Shown: positions 25,290 to 38,051 of the stretch, piece after piece
How the letters are laid out: the number at the start of each line of letters is the position of its first letter
Position numbering within the stretch: the stretch's first letter is position 1
Source: Octopus bimaculoides
Lineage: Eukaryota
Direction: 5' to 3'
Length of the DNA: 64,000 nt
Assembly: GCF_001194135.2 (NCBI RefSeq)
Contig: NC_068991.1
Span: forward strand, 6,206,248-6,270,247
Translations under genes and position numbers: made by a program
Notes under the pieces: generated by a model
Told to the model about the DNA's origin: nothing
The model's input: only the letters and a program-made list of their open reading frames with translations
The model's database searches: none

Positions 25290-25500
25290 ATGGCTGCGGA
25301 ACTCCATCAGTTACAATGATGAGTGTTCTAGTTCAACAGAACAGAACAGCTCGCTTGCAAAATTAACATGCCATGGCTGAGCACTCAACAGATATGCATA
25401 ACCTTAATGTAATTCCCAAGAATATTCAACATGACACAGAATGTGACATGGCCAACCCTTTGAAATACAGGCACGAGCTCATTTTTACCAGCTGAGCAGC
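25290..25500 (-). mobile_element. SINE family D fragment
   Basis: Homologous to 53566-53750 and 56740-56900. Confidence 0.6.
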
Positions 25501-26295
25501 TGTGTATATAAATGTGCCATTCTATATGTCATCTATGTTTCAAATGTAGATTTGAATTTGCTAAACTAATGAAAACAGTATTTCTTAGTAACCCATAGCC
25601 CCCCCCTCCTCCTCCTGTTACATATCTCTTTACTGTTTACATGTTTAATTTCTCTTATCTTTGTGAGAAGCATGTGAAATGTAGATTGTTTTGCTTAGTT
25701 TTTTTTTTTCTAGTTTTCAATTGATCCCTGGCTTTTTCGTCCAACAACTGCACTTCTCAAATAAGTGGTCTTTTATTTTATTTTCTCTTTAATATCTGGT
25801 TAAGTACAGGAAGTACCTCTTTTGTACTCTTTGCCCAGATAACTACAACTGCCTATGAATTTGACTTTATAGTAACTTGGTTTTAGCTTGTGTAAAAAAT
25901 TATATTCTGAATGTCACCTACCTACATCCTATGCCTCTGTGTTATTCTTAATTTTAGTCTGTTAGCTTATCAACCATAAATAGAACTTAGTTCTGATTTA
26001 CTGTAATAAATATGGTGGTAGTCTAACGACACAGAAGTTTAAGTCTGATAGCTACCTCAATGCTATTAGTGAACGAGACCTTAATTATTATTTAATTAAG
26101 GATGTGTTTTACAAGCAGATCACCAAACCATAGCGACCCCAACACAAACAACGCATACAGAGATCTGCTTGGTCATTAAACAGGTTAACTTTTTAAAGTT
26201 ATCTTTACAGATATATATTCTTTTATTCTTTTATTCATATCAGAATGGTAGTTATGTTAATTTTGAATTATTTTTCTTTTCGTCTTTATTTGCAG

Positions 26296-26392
26296 TAATC
26301 TCATTTTTCAATCATGTCAATCTGTTATATGGAGCAATATCAGAATATTGCACCCTGGAAGGTTGTCCTCTCATGAATGGGCCTGGAAACGT
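26296..26392 (+). CDS. MOB2: MOB2 coding exon
   Basis: ISFFNHVNLLYGAISEYCTLEGCPLMNGPGN; tgcag / gtaagt; phase 1 to 2. Confidence 0.95.
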
Positions 26393-27899
26393 GTAAGTTA
26401 AATACCGTTTTTTTTTATCTTGCTTAAAATATGGATGTGTTTTAACTGAAATTTAAAAAAAGAATAAGTGGCAACAGAAAAAAAAAAGAAGGGTGGGGAA
26501 CAACAGTATTATGAAACTGTAGATAGATGAGAAATAGTGAGATGATGCGAAGTGAGGTGGAGAGTGAGAGAAAGATGCACAGCGACAGAGATGGAAGTCA
26601 GAGATACGTAAGGGTGGAAATAGTGAGTGACAGAGACGAGGGGCTGTCAATGGCAGATACAAGAAGGTACACAGGGAAAATGGGTGTTCAATGGAAACTA
26701 AAGTGGTAAAGGATAATATCGAGTAGTTTGAAGGAGAGGGGTAAGTGGAAGCACAAAAGGGGGGATGGAATCTGTGCAGTTCTCTGCTCATATAATTGCA
26801 GTAGCTGAGTGATGGAGGAATGAGTATTAGGGAGAGAAGTTGTGGGGAAGGCTTGAGAGGGGCAGAATGAGTGCAGGGGCCTAAAATGATATGTTTTTAG
26901 GACCCCGTGCTAACAAATCGTTACCAGCATGCTAATGATTCTGCCAGATTGCCACTTTAATAATAATAATGATGATGATGATGATGATGATAATAATGTC
27001 AGTAAGGTTCTAAGTATTTGAAAGACTTCTGAACACCTGTGGGTACCAAAGGTTACAGATAGTAACCCGCTACCCACGTAAATCCTACCAGGAATAAAAG
27101 CGAACCTGAGCCAAACCAAAACAAATATACATGAGTATCTGTGTCAGTAATCTGTTCAAGGCTCTATTGTTGTAACTGAATGGAGTTATATTTGCATGGC
27201 AGCTTTTACAATGCTCTTTCTATTACTGTCAAGTTTAAATCCTGCATTAGGTCATGTAATGTCCCATTTCTTCTTTGATGGTTGATACAATAAGTTCAAT
27301 GTCATTCTTGTTGTTGTTTAGGTCATAGTCAGTCCTAACTGAGTAAACCTGTGAGCAAATACATTCCAGCCATGAACATCTCATCTGTTTGTATATCCAG
27401 GGCTGCTTTTTTCTCGTATGTCCTTACCTTCTGAAAGATGGTAGGTGTAATTTGAATGAGATTGGGTACTATTTCTAGCATTTGAGCAACCACAGAGACA
27501 TCCTTCATTGAGTCATTATGATTTGATTGTGCTTTTGTTGGCGGCAGGGTGGGGCTGTTTCTTTTATGGTATTAGCTTTGTATCGGATCAAATTTTCTTT
27601 ATTTCCATTTGCATCTCTGAAGACTCGGTTTTTGGATACAATTTTTTCCACGTATTCCAGAGGGTATTTCCAGTAATAACATTTGCTAATTTCCCTTAGA
27701 GTAACTCAGAACGTAAAGACAGATGAAATACCACTTAGCATTTTGCCCGGTGTGCTAACATTTCTGCCTTACTGGTCCAAATATTGTTTTATATCCAAAC
27801 TGACCAGATCCAGCCTCTCATACATACCCTGCAATGTCATTCTAAAAATAAAAAATCACAGCATCAAAATCTTGAAGCTACAAAATACTTTTTTCCTTA

Positions 27900-28262
27900 T
27901 TCCTTTAACTTGTTTCGGTCACTTGACTGTGGCCATGCTGGAGCACCACCTCAAAGAACTTTTAGTCAAATGAAATGACCCCAGGACTTATTTTTTATTT
28001 TAAGCCTGGTATTTATTTTATTGGCCTCTGTTGCCAAACTGCTTAGTTACAGGGATGTAAACACACCAACAACAGTGGTGGCACACACATACATACACAC
28101 ACAGCAGGCTTCTTTCAGTTTCTACCTACCAAATCCACTCACAAGGCTTTGGTCTTCCCAAGGCTATAGTAGAAGACACTTGCCTAAGATGCCACGCCAT
28201 GGGTCTGAACCTAGAACCATGTGGTTGAGAAGCAAACTTCTTACCACACAGCCATGTCTGTG
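27900..28262 (-). mobile_element. SINE family A
   Basis: Reverse-complement copy. Confidence 0.75.
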
Positions 28263-28805
28263 CCTGATTGATTAATACATGATTAATTGAAAACAGTGTA
28301 AATAAATAAGCATAATATTTAACAGTAATCTGAATGCTAAAGGGTTAATGTTATAGCAGCCACGTCTTCAATGAAAAGCCAATGCTGTATTAAGAAAATG
28401 TCCATCACGAACATTCCCATATTGAATCCTTCCATGACTCATATCAGACATTTTGTCTAATCAGTAGATTAGGCAACGTCCTACTTGACCTCCTCTGATA
28501 GATTTTTATGACAAATTCAGATTTGTTGCTTTTCTTCTTATCTGTGTCTTGTTGGTTGTAAGTGAAATGTCTCTTTCCATGAAATAGTGACTTCTCAATT
28601 AATTAGGGCTACGTTCAAATCTGTTACAGGTATCTCATTGTGTCATTGAGCAGCACTTGTGACCAATCACAATTGCATTAAACATCATAGTTTTACATCC
28701 TGAATGCCAATTCTCTTCACCAAAATATAAACAACTATATGAGCAGCATATGGGAACCAGTATTTAGGAGGGGTAGAAAAATATTGGATTTATAAGCCCT
28801 AAAAT

Positions 28806-29056
28806 TCACTCAATAATTGCCCACGGGCATATGGCGTAATGGTTAAGAGCACAGGCTACTAACCCCAAGATTTCGAGTTCGATTCCAAGCAGTGACCTGA
28901 ACACTAATAATAATATCGAAAAATACCTTAGGAATGAGAACCCAGGTTCGAAATTTCCCCAAGACACCTGATGAAGGCTGGAGGGTTTATCTGCCAAAAC
29001 GTGTTAACAACAAACAAGATGAGGACAAATATCCGTCAAATGTAAATAATGTAAAC
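28806..29056 (+). mobile_element. tRNA-like (Pol III A/B box) element carrying a hammerhead motif
   Basis: A box TGGCGTAATGG 28832-28842, B box GTTCGATTCC 28877-28886, hammerhead at 28963-29005. Confidence 0.85.
28963..29005 (+). ncRNA. Degenerate hammerhead motif (G12A, GTT deleted)
   Basis: GACAC-CTGATGA-A-GGCTG..CTGCC-AAAAC-GTGTT. Confidence 0.65.
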
Positions 29057-31806
29057 TATAAAGTTGATTTGAAAGAAGACAAAATTGAAATATGCTGCTC
29101 ATATAACATAGTTTATTTCTGAGAAATCTATTATTCCAGTCTACTGTTACAGCATTGAATTTATATACACAGAACCATACATTTTCCCCCAACACCACCA
29201 CTAAAATATTTTTCAATAACTGTATCATGAAACCTACTAAACTTCTGTTTATTCCATAAATTTACTTGTAAGACATGTGTTTATCTTATACAAGTGTGCA
29301 TCTTATACACTGGCAAATATGGTACTTTTTAAGTCCATTCTCTCTACAACGAAAGTGTATTTCTAATTTGGTTTTTGTTTATTTTAGAGAAGATAAATTT
29401 TCTCTTTTAACACATTTATAAACACAGTGCAGTGTTATTCGAATTCATGGCAAGTTTACCTTAAAATATTCAGCTTATCTGATATCAGTATGTCATGGAT
29501 ACCAGCCTCATTAAAACTTTATGTAGTCTTACTCGACAGCTGAGCCATTACATGTTAGACCAAAGCATTTCATTCTAGAACCAGCAATATTCTTCGTGTT
29601 TTCTAAATCTATGACGCTCAGAAATACTAAATATGCCAGCAATTAATTTTCCCAGTTTCAAATCAGCCAAACGTTTTGTCACATTGGTGTAAGATAGTCA
29701 GAATGTTGCTAACTCTACAACACCTTTCTCTTAGACTAAAGGTTGGGAGATGTACGAAACAGGAATGTTCTATATACGTCAGGTGTTCTATTATTTTCTT
29801 CACCAGCATTGTTACGTGTGAGCTTGAAGGTGTAATGTTGTGTAGAAGCTGGAAAATCTGAACTATATACAGGTGAGAAAATCTGAACTGTATACAGGTG
29901 AGAGAATCTCACCTGTATACAAGTGAGAAAATCTTACACAAATAGAATGTTTCAGGAATTTCACAGTGAAGTGATAATGGCATGTTTATAGTAGAAGAAT
30001 ACAAACGAGTATGTAGTGTGCTCATTACCTCCAAGCTTTTGGTTCACAGTTACAAGAATTGCTAATGTCCTTGGGAAAGTAATGAATACCACAGGATTCT
30101 ATATTCCCTCCTGTAATATAAAACCTTTACACTTAATTAAGAAATGATTTTAAAATGCTATCTAGTCAATTTACAAATTATCTGAAATTTTAATGAAACC
30201 TCTGTCTTTATCATTACTAAACATAATTTAATAATGATAAAGATAGGGGTATCAACTGGCTCATAAATGGTGTTTATACATTAAGTATGATACATAGATG
30301 GCTATTTTAGTTTAATACTGACTCACTTGCATATACTGGATTAAATTATGTGTGGTATGAATGCCTTTGCTTTTGAATAGAGAAAATAATAAGCTTTCGC
30401 CATGGAGTCAGACTGTTTAATATGACATATAGATATTTCTTGGTGGATATGTTATGAAGTATGACAAATGTATGGACATAAAGTGTCAACTATGATGAGA
30501 CTGCTTTAATATTTATAATAGATTGTCCTTAACCTTTCTGTGAATGGCATTTAAGTTTAATCATTTATAGTCTTTGTCTTTATGGATTTTCTAAAATACC
30601 GACTGTTTACAATATAGTAAGTAAATATTGCTATGAAATTTCAAATTTTCAGTTTAGTCTTCACTCAGTTACATCAGGGGTTCTCAACCTTTTTCTTACG
30701 TATTTTTCTTACGCAAGATGTTCAAAGTAATCTTAGCTTGCTCATAAATAAATAGTCTAATTTTGAATTAATTCTCAATTACCTTTTTGTATTTGGGTAT
30801 TTATTTTAGTCAGAGTTTATACGACCGAAATTATAATGTTTAAAACACTAAGCCATCGTATATTAACAACATGACAGAATAAACTTCTAAAAGATACAGT
30901 ACAAACACTTGTGGAATGGAAATTACTGCAGATTGAATCATGAGACATCATAGTATTGTTTTCATAAAACTATGTTGCAAAGCGCTTATTTAAGAAAACA
31001 AATTCAAGATTGTGAATAGAGCTACTGTCATCTGATATCTTTCTGATATGATCTAAATAAAACCAAGTGTTTTCTCTAACACACATGTGCACATGTACAT
31101 ACACACATTTGTAGAGGTGATAGGGTAATGCTATGAAGCAAATGGTTGGCCCCTAGCAAATAGCTTTTGTAACTCAGTATCTGTGGCCCTTTGAAGATGT
31201 TTCTCTTCACTTGGACCACCAATGTCTTATTATTCCTTTCCCTTAAAATATATATCGATAGGGATCAGTTATAAAAAAAAAACACAAAAAAAAAAACCTT
31301 ACAGAACCAGTGTCTGTGGAGACAAAATATATGACTGGATCAGGGGTACTATCCGTCATAGGGTTCAGTCCACAGAAAGGATTCCATTTTTGATACATTT
31401 TGGGGCATCCATTCTACCTGTTTGAAAAATGGGTATCTTTTTCATTTCATTACTGCTTAGTTAACAATACAATAGTACAATAGTTAAGGTACTCTGTGTG
31501 TGTGTGTGTGTGTGTGCAAGTATGCATTTGCCTGTACACATAGGGTGAAGACCCCATCCCCTACTTTGCTTTTCTGACACCATGTTTCCAAACACAGAAT
31601 TATGTTCATAGGGTGTTTACAAACATAAATCTGTGTTTGCGTATGAGAAAAGAAAACTATTTTAAATGATTTAACTGGTGTTAGAGATGAGATTCACCAA
31701 ATGTAAATTCTTTAGAGATTTTTCACTCTCTTGAAATCTTTGCTGCGTTAGATACACTTAGAGTTTGTTAGCTCCATTATCATCTAAAGTCTTCCTCCTT
31801 TCTTGC

Positions 31807-32015
31807 AAATCAGGCAGTGCATTGTGTTCTTGAGCAAAGCATTTCATTTCACATTGCTCCAGTCCACTCAGCTGTCAATGGGTAACCCCCTGCGATGGAC
31901 CAGCAGGGTGGTATCATCTGCTCGTCTCGCCAGCAGGGTAGTATTATTTGAAACGCATTGTGCCCAGTGATGTATAACATCTGATTGTCTGGTCAATTAT
32001 GTGACCATGTTATAC
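31807..32015 (+). mobile_element. Meta-like SINE fragment
   Basis: tgtgttcttgagcaaagcatttcatttcacattgctccagtccactcagctg; related copies at 39530-39730 and 50445-50665 (-). Confidence 0.55.
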
Positions 32016-32049
32016 ACACACACACACACACATTATTGTAAAGGCAGGC

Positions 32050-32268
32050 ATCAAGCTGGCGGAAACGTTAGCATGCCGGGCAAAATGCTTAGTGGTATTT
32101 CATCTGCCGCTACGTTCTGGGTTCAAATTCTGCCGAGGTCGACTTTGCCTTTCATCCTTTTGGGGTCGATTAAATAATAAGTACCAGTTACGCACTGGTG
32201 TCGATATAATTAACTTAATCTGTTTGTCCCCTCTGTGTGTAGCCCCTTGTGGGTAGTAAAGAAATAAC
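32050..32268 (+). mobile_element. SINE family B
   Basis: Near full-length copy. Confidence 0.8.
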
Positions 32269-32847
32269 ACACATTATTGTTATAGATGAGGGCATTTAAC
32301 CATATGTATGTTGATACACACATGCATACACATTTTGTTTAAAACCTAATTATAAATTTGCCATTAGCAAGTGTTTTCAATCCCTCCAACTATCGAGAAT
32401 ATTGACATATAATAGCCTTGAGGTGCCTCTTTAGAATCGGTTGATAAATAATACAATTGTGTCTGTCTCTAATCTATAGTTGTGGCATTGACAAGTCTAT
32501 ATTATTAGTATTATAATGTCATTTGGTAACACCTGGCTCACTGTAAATATTAAGGCAATATTTTGTATTAGATTCTCAAAAATGTTTATCATGTGATAGG
32601 TTTATCTCTATGAACACAGTTATGCTAAGCCTGTTTAAATGTTTTTGATGGCAGAGGATAAAAATAAATGTTTTTTAGTGATGATGTGTTTTTAATGGTG
32701 AATGAATGTGAACTTTGTTTTAAAAAAATATTTTAAATATTTACGATTTGAAAGAGAATGATTTGTGTGTGTGTGAGAGTTTATGTGAAATTAATATTAG
32801 CAAATGGTAAATAGATTTATCACAATTCACTTAGGTCATAGCTATTC

Positions 32848-33160
32848 TTTTACTTGTTTCAGTTATTTGACTGTGGCTATGCTGGAGCACCGCCTTTTAG
32901 TCAAAGAAATCGGTCCCAAGACTTATTCTTTGTAAGCTTAGTACTTACTATGTCAGCCTCTTTTGCTGAACCGCTAAGTTACAGGGACATAAACACACCA
33001 ACATCAGTTGTCAAGCAAAGGAGGGGAACAAACACATACAAATATATATACATACATATATATATATGACGGGCTTCTTTCATTTTCTATTTACCAAATC
33101 CACTCATAAGGCTTTGGTTGGGCCAAGGCTATAATAGAAGACACTTGCCCAAGGTGCCAT
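32848..33160 (-). mobile_element. SINE family A, head truncated
   Basis: Reverse-complement copy. Confidence 0.75.
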
Positions 33161-35851
33161 ATATGTTTTCTGTCCACTGTACATGGCACCACCATGAAAC
33201 GGGCTCCTCGACAACAAGTCTTGAAGTGAAGAGGTTATGGTGGTGCTTACTCTGTCAAGTCTCGGTTTTCTTTTGCTAAATGTTTGCGATCACCATGGTA
33301 GACCAACATCAATCATATAAATACAATAACATTCCTGGTTTAATGTTATATCACTTCTCTTTTACTTTCGAAGTGTCTGGGCTTTAACAAAGAAATCAAT
33401 AGATTTGATTACATATTCTTGTTGCCCAAGAAGGTCTTTTTTTTTTTGTATATTAGCCTACACTTTTAATACCAACATGTGTTAATGTACAAGGAAGAAC
33501 ATCTTTGATTTCATTTTGTTTTTACTTTGATTCAACAGCAGGTTGCAAACAGACTGAAAATTACAATTATTATGAATATCTTTAATATTTTTTTTTCAAA
33601 ACTATATTTAAACATTTTCACTCTACTTTATGTTAATAACATAGCAGTTTGCAGATGGGATTTTTTTCCCTTCTCTTTTGTTCTATATTAGCACCATTAG
33701 TTGAAACACTATAATTTGTACAGAGGTTACAATTATTAATAATATGGTTTGTCATACATTATACCATGTTCTTTCACTAGCAGTTCAGTTATTCGAAAAT
33801 GCTATACAATTCTTCCAGACATGTATGATTCCAGTTATTTAGCCTTGAAATCCATTCATAGTGTTTCCTCAATATATTGATTGTCTGTCTGGCAGAAGTT
33901 CTGTGATAATTTTAGCCTCACATAAATATTAATGCTACCTGTGTTTAGAAAGTTGGCAACATGCCACAAATGTTTCATTTCCTTCTGACTTTTCATTCAT
34001 TCAAATATATATACACATACACACCTATCTATCTATCTATATATACACACACACCTATCTATCTATCTATATATACACACACACCTATCTATCTCTATAT
34101 ATATATCCACACACACATGCATATATATATATTTTTTTCTTCAGAGGTATTTTTCTATTTCATATTTCTCATTTTTGATTATCTGAATAAATGATATGAC
34201 ATCATTGGCAGATTTTTAAATACATTTTTAATCTACTTAGTACACAGTTATGGCTGTGTGGTAAGAAGTTTACTTCCCAACCACATGGTTCTAAGTTCAG
34301 TCCTACTGCATGGCACCTTGGGCAAGCGTCACCTACTATAGCCTCAAGCTGGCCAAAGCCTTGTGATTGGATTTGGCAGATGGAAACTGAAAGAAGCCTG
34401 TTGTGTGAGTGTGTCACTGTCTTTTTATCGCTGTCATTTTCACAGAAGACTGGAAATGAATATGTCCGGTCATGTGGCAGCATTACCTTAGTTGGAAACA
34501 GGTGAAGGTTGGCAACAGGAAAGGCATCTGGCTGTTGAAAATTTGTCTCAACAAATTCTAAATCAGGCAAACATGAAAAAAATGGATGTTAAAATGCTGA
34601 TGATGATGATGATTGTGTTTGTTCTGTATAATACAGATGACTACTTGATTATAGATTTTTATAAAGAAAACAGTCAACATTAGAGATTATAGATTGTTTT
34701 TTGTGTTGTTGTTGTTGTTATCCAGCATTTCTTTGACTAACTATAGTGTTATTTTTAAGCACTTATTGAAATGAAAATATTTTCTGTTATTACAGAAAAA
34801 CTACCTTCTATTGATTTTCCATAAAAGTAGAGAAAAAAAAACTAATGGCATTTTAAATGTTTCTCTCTTGATATTCTGGCTATTTATTGATAAATGTTTT
34901 GAGAAATTTGGCTATCAGTGACTGCAGATGCTCTCATCTATATGTAATTTTATATGAAAGGTGCATGCAGTGGTTGTCATTGTTGTTTAACGTCTGCTTT
35001 ACATGCTGGCATGGATTGGATGGTTTTTACATTATCTATCTGTAACAAACAAACAAACAAAAGAGAAGTTGTTTCACCTAATTTAGACACCTCTACTTTG
35101 TGTCTGCTAAGAATACCAAGAATAAAAACGAGCCAGGTGTGTTGTTTTTCTCGTGCACACATGCACTCACTGACTTGAACCAGCTTGAATTACTAGTAAT
35201 AAAAATGAAAACAGACCAATGACTTGGTGTTATGTTACAAAGGAAATTTTAAGCTTGTGGTAAATTTAAATGTTTTGTTATATTATTGCTGCTATTAAAG
35301 AAATTATGATGGTTGTGTGATAGAGGCAGTATAGTGTCTCCCTGTCACCAAACCTCATCGGTTTCCAAGCAAGGTAATATTTCCACTTAGTCAGACATGT
35401 TTTTCTCAGAATATTAGAAATGAATGACACTGCTTGTATGACAGTGATACTCATTTACAATTACCACACAATGTTACCCCTGCCACATCAATGTGTGCAC
35501 AGATGTGCATGAGTTTGTAAAATATACTTCATAAAAGAGTATATATTTAATCAGGGTTACAGATATGCCGGTTTTGCTGCTGTTTCAATTAACTTATATA
35601 AGCATTTCAATGTAATGTTTATTTGTTTTGGAAATCTGAATTTAACAAAAAAAGTTTTTCATTTAGAACGGAAACAAACCTTGTAGTATTTATTATAGCA
35701 TTATGTAATAACCTTATATATGTGTGTGCATGCATATGTGTGAGTGTGTGCACATATCTGTATGCGTGCACGTGTGTATGTCCGTTGTATATATATATGT
35801 GTGCATGCATATGTATGTACATATGTGTGCATATCTGTGTTTGTATGTATA

Positions 35852-35901
<50 letters not shown>

Positions 35902-36535
35902 NNNNNNNNNNNNNNNNNNNNNNNNNNNNNNNNNNNNNNNNNNNNNNNNNNNNNNNNNNNNNNNNNNNNNNNNNNNNNNNNNNNNNNNNNNNNNNNNNNN
36001 NNNNNNNNNNNNNNNNNNNNNNNNNNNNNNNNNNNNNNNNNNNNNNNNNNNNNNNNNNNNNNNNNNNNNNNNNNNNNNNNNNNNNNNNNNNNNNNNNNNN
36101 NNNNNNNNNNNNNNNNNNNNNNNNNNNNNNNNNNNNNNNNNNNNNNNNNNNNNNNNNNNNNNNNNNNNNNNNNNNNNNNNNNNNNNNNNNNCTGTTGAGT
36201 TTCTGTCTTTTTATCAATATGGTTGCTAGTCTCTTTGTCTTTGTGTTGTCACTTTCTTCCCAAGATTGCAATACCATAAAACCCATTGGCAATATGCAAA
36301 TTCTCATCATCATCATCCTTGTTGTCATCATCACTATTCTTAATGGTGTCATCATCGTCGTCATCATCATTATCCTTATCATTGCCATCATCATCACCAG
36401 CTTCATCATTGTCATCATCAATGACCCCTGGACATTAGTCTCAACTCCTTACACTGTAAAAACATTTTCTTCAGGCTCTTTTTAAAATCCAACAACACAG
36501 GACTTCAGTTGGGATTCTTTCTCTCTCGTTTGCAG

Positions 36536-36660
36536 GCAATATTTCTGGCATGATGAAAAAGGCAAGAAGTTCAAGTGTACAGCTCCAGAATATGTAGATT
36601 ATGTTATGTCATTTATCCAGAAGGATATTTTAGAAGAATCCATTTTCCCAACAAAGTTTG
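36536..36660 (+). CDS. MOB2: MOB2 coding exon
   Basis: QYFWHDEKGKKFKCTAPEYVDYVMSFIQKDILEESIFPTKF; tgcag / gtaagt; phase 2 to 1. Confidence 0.95.
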
Positions 36661-36702
36661 GTAAGTGTAAAAGATTTTCTTTCATGTGGGCTTTTGTTCT
36701 TT

Positions 36703-37061
36703 TATTACCTCCGCCCTTCGCCAAGGCAGAGATATTGTTTCCAGTGATGTTTGTCCGTGGACGAGATATCTCAAGAACCGCTGGATGGATTCAGATGAAA
36801 CTTTCAGGAATGTTTGGCCTCCTGACTGGCACAAACTGATTAGATTTTGGAATTGATCCAGTACTAGACAAGGATTCTGCATTATTTATCCTGCTTTTTT
36901 TTTTACTTAAATTTTGAGAGTGGTTGGGTTCATTTTTAGTATTCTCGTTTGTGAGAGCAGTCAAGTTTATTTCAGACATTCTCATTTTAAAAATCATCTC
37001 TGGCTAATCGTTGAGAGGACGTTGCCTTGGCGGAGGTTTGCACTCTCTGAGTGCTCTTGTT
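36703..37061 (+). mobile_element. Helentron-associated (HINE-like) non-autonomous element
   Basis: Subterminal inverted repeats cctccgcc..gccaagg and ccttggcggagg; T-rich insertion site; 3' end gtgctcttgtt. Confidence 0.6.
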
Positions 37062-37174
37062 TATTTATTGGTAGTTTTTTGGGGGGATTTTTTTACTTTT
37101 TATTTATTGCTTTACCATTCTCAGTGTTTAGCCATCTGTACACAATAATTTCATCATTATTATTATTATTTATA

Positions 37175-37480
37175 TCAGCCCTGAATGGATGAAAGGTGAA
37201 GTCAACACTGGTGATATTTGAACACAGAACGTAAAGTCGGAAAAAATGCTGCTTAGCATTTTGTCTGACGCAATAATGATTCTGCCAGTTTGCCACCCTA
37301 GCATTTATCTATATATTGATAATATTTTCTGTAACAAAGCTTATGTGCATGTGACTTTGCCTTTCATCCTTTCAGGGTCAATAAATTAAGTACCAGTTAC
37401 GTACTGGGGTCAATGTAATCAACTTAATCCCTTGTTTGTCCCCTCTATGTTTAGCCCCTTGTGGGCAATAAAGAAATAAG
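37175..37480. mobile_element. Inverted pair of SINE family B fragments
   Basis: Minus copy 37175-37310, plus copy 37350-37480. Confidence 0.7.
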
Positions 37481-37668
37481 AAACTCTGTAAAGGGCATCC
37501 AGCTGTAGAAACTCTGCCAAAACAGACAGTGCAGCTCTTGGCCTTGCCAAACAGTCCAACCCTTGGAAAATAGAAGTTAAATGATAATTTAATTTTATGT
37601 CTAATGTATATTTGTGTCTCTAAAACATAACAAATAACTGAAATCTTGTCATTTGTTCTTCATTCCAG

Positions 37669-38051
37669 GCAATGCTTTCCCCAGTACGTTCCAAATGATA
37701 GTGAAGAGGATCCACCGCTACCTGTTTCACGTGTTAGCTCACATATACCATGCTCATTACAATGAAGTGCACATCCTAGGCCTTCATGGTCACCTGAATA
37801 CACTCTTTGCACATTTCATGGTATTCAACCTTCGCTATGACTTGCTAGAAGAAAAAGAGACCGATGTGCTCCAAGACTTGATAAAGGCCCTGACCACATT
37901 TGTACCTGCTGAAACTATGAACCCCTTGACTTCAACGTCTGGGGAAGAGGGCGCAGCAGATAGTGACAATACTGCCCAAGCTACAGCAACGGCAGGACCG
38001 CTTGTATCATCTTCCACGAATGAATTAGAAACAGAAGTGACACAAACTTAA
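37669..38051 (+). CDS. MOB2: MOB2 last coding exon
   Basis: NAFPSTFQMIVKRIHRYLFHVLAHIYHAH...GHLNTLFAHF...EKETDVLQDLI plus an acidic S/T-rich tail; TAA at 38049-38051. Confidence 0.95.

Noticed and set aside
26453-26880. Purine-rich stretch with ORFs on both strands
   Set aside because: Low-complexity GA-rich sequence with no recognisable domain.
28825-28900. Possible true tRNA genes (also 53870-53948 and family A/B heads)
   Set aside because: No closed acceptor stem; all are fused to repeat bodies.
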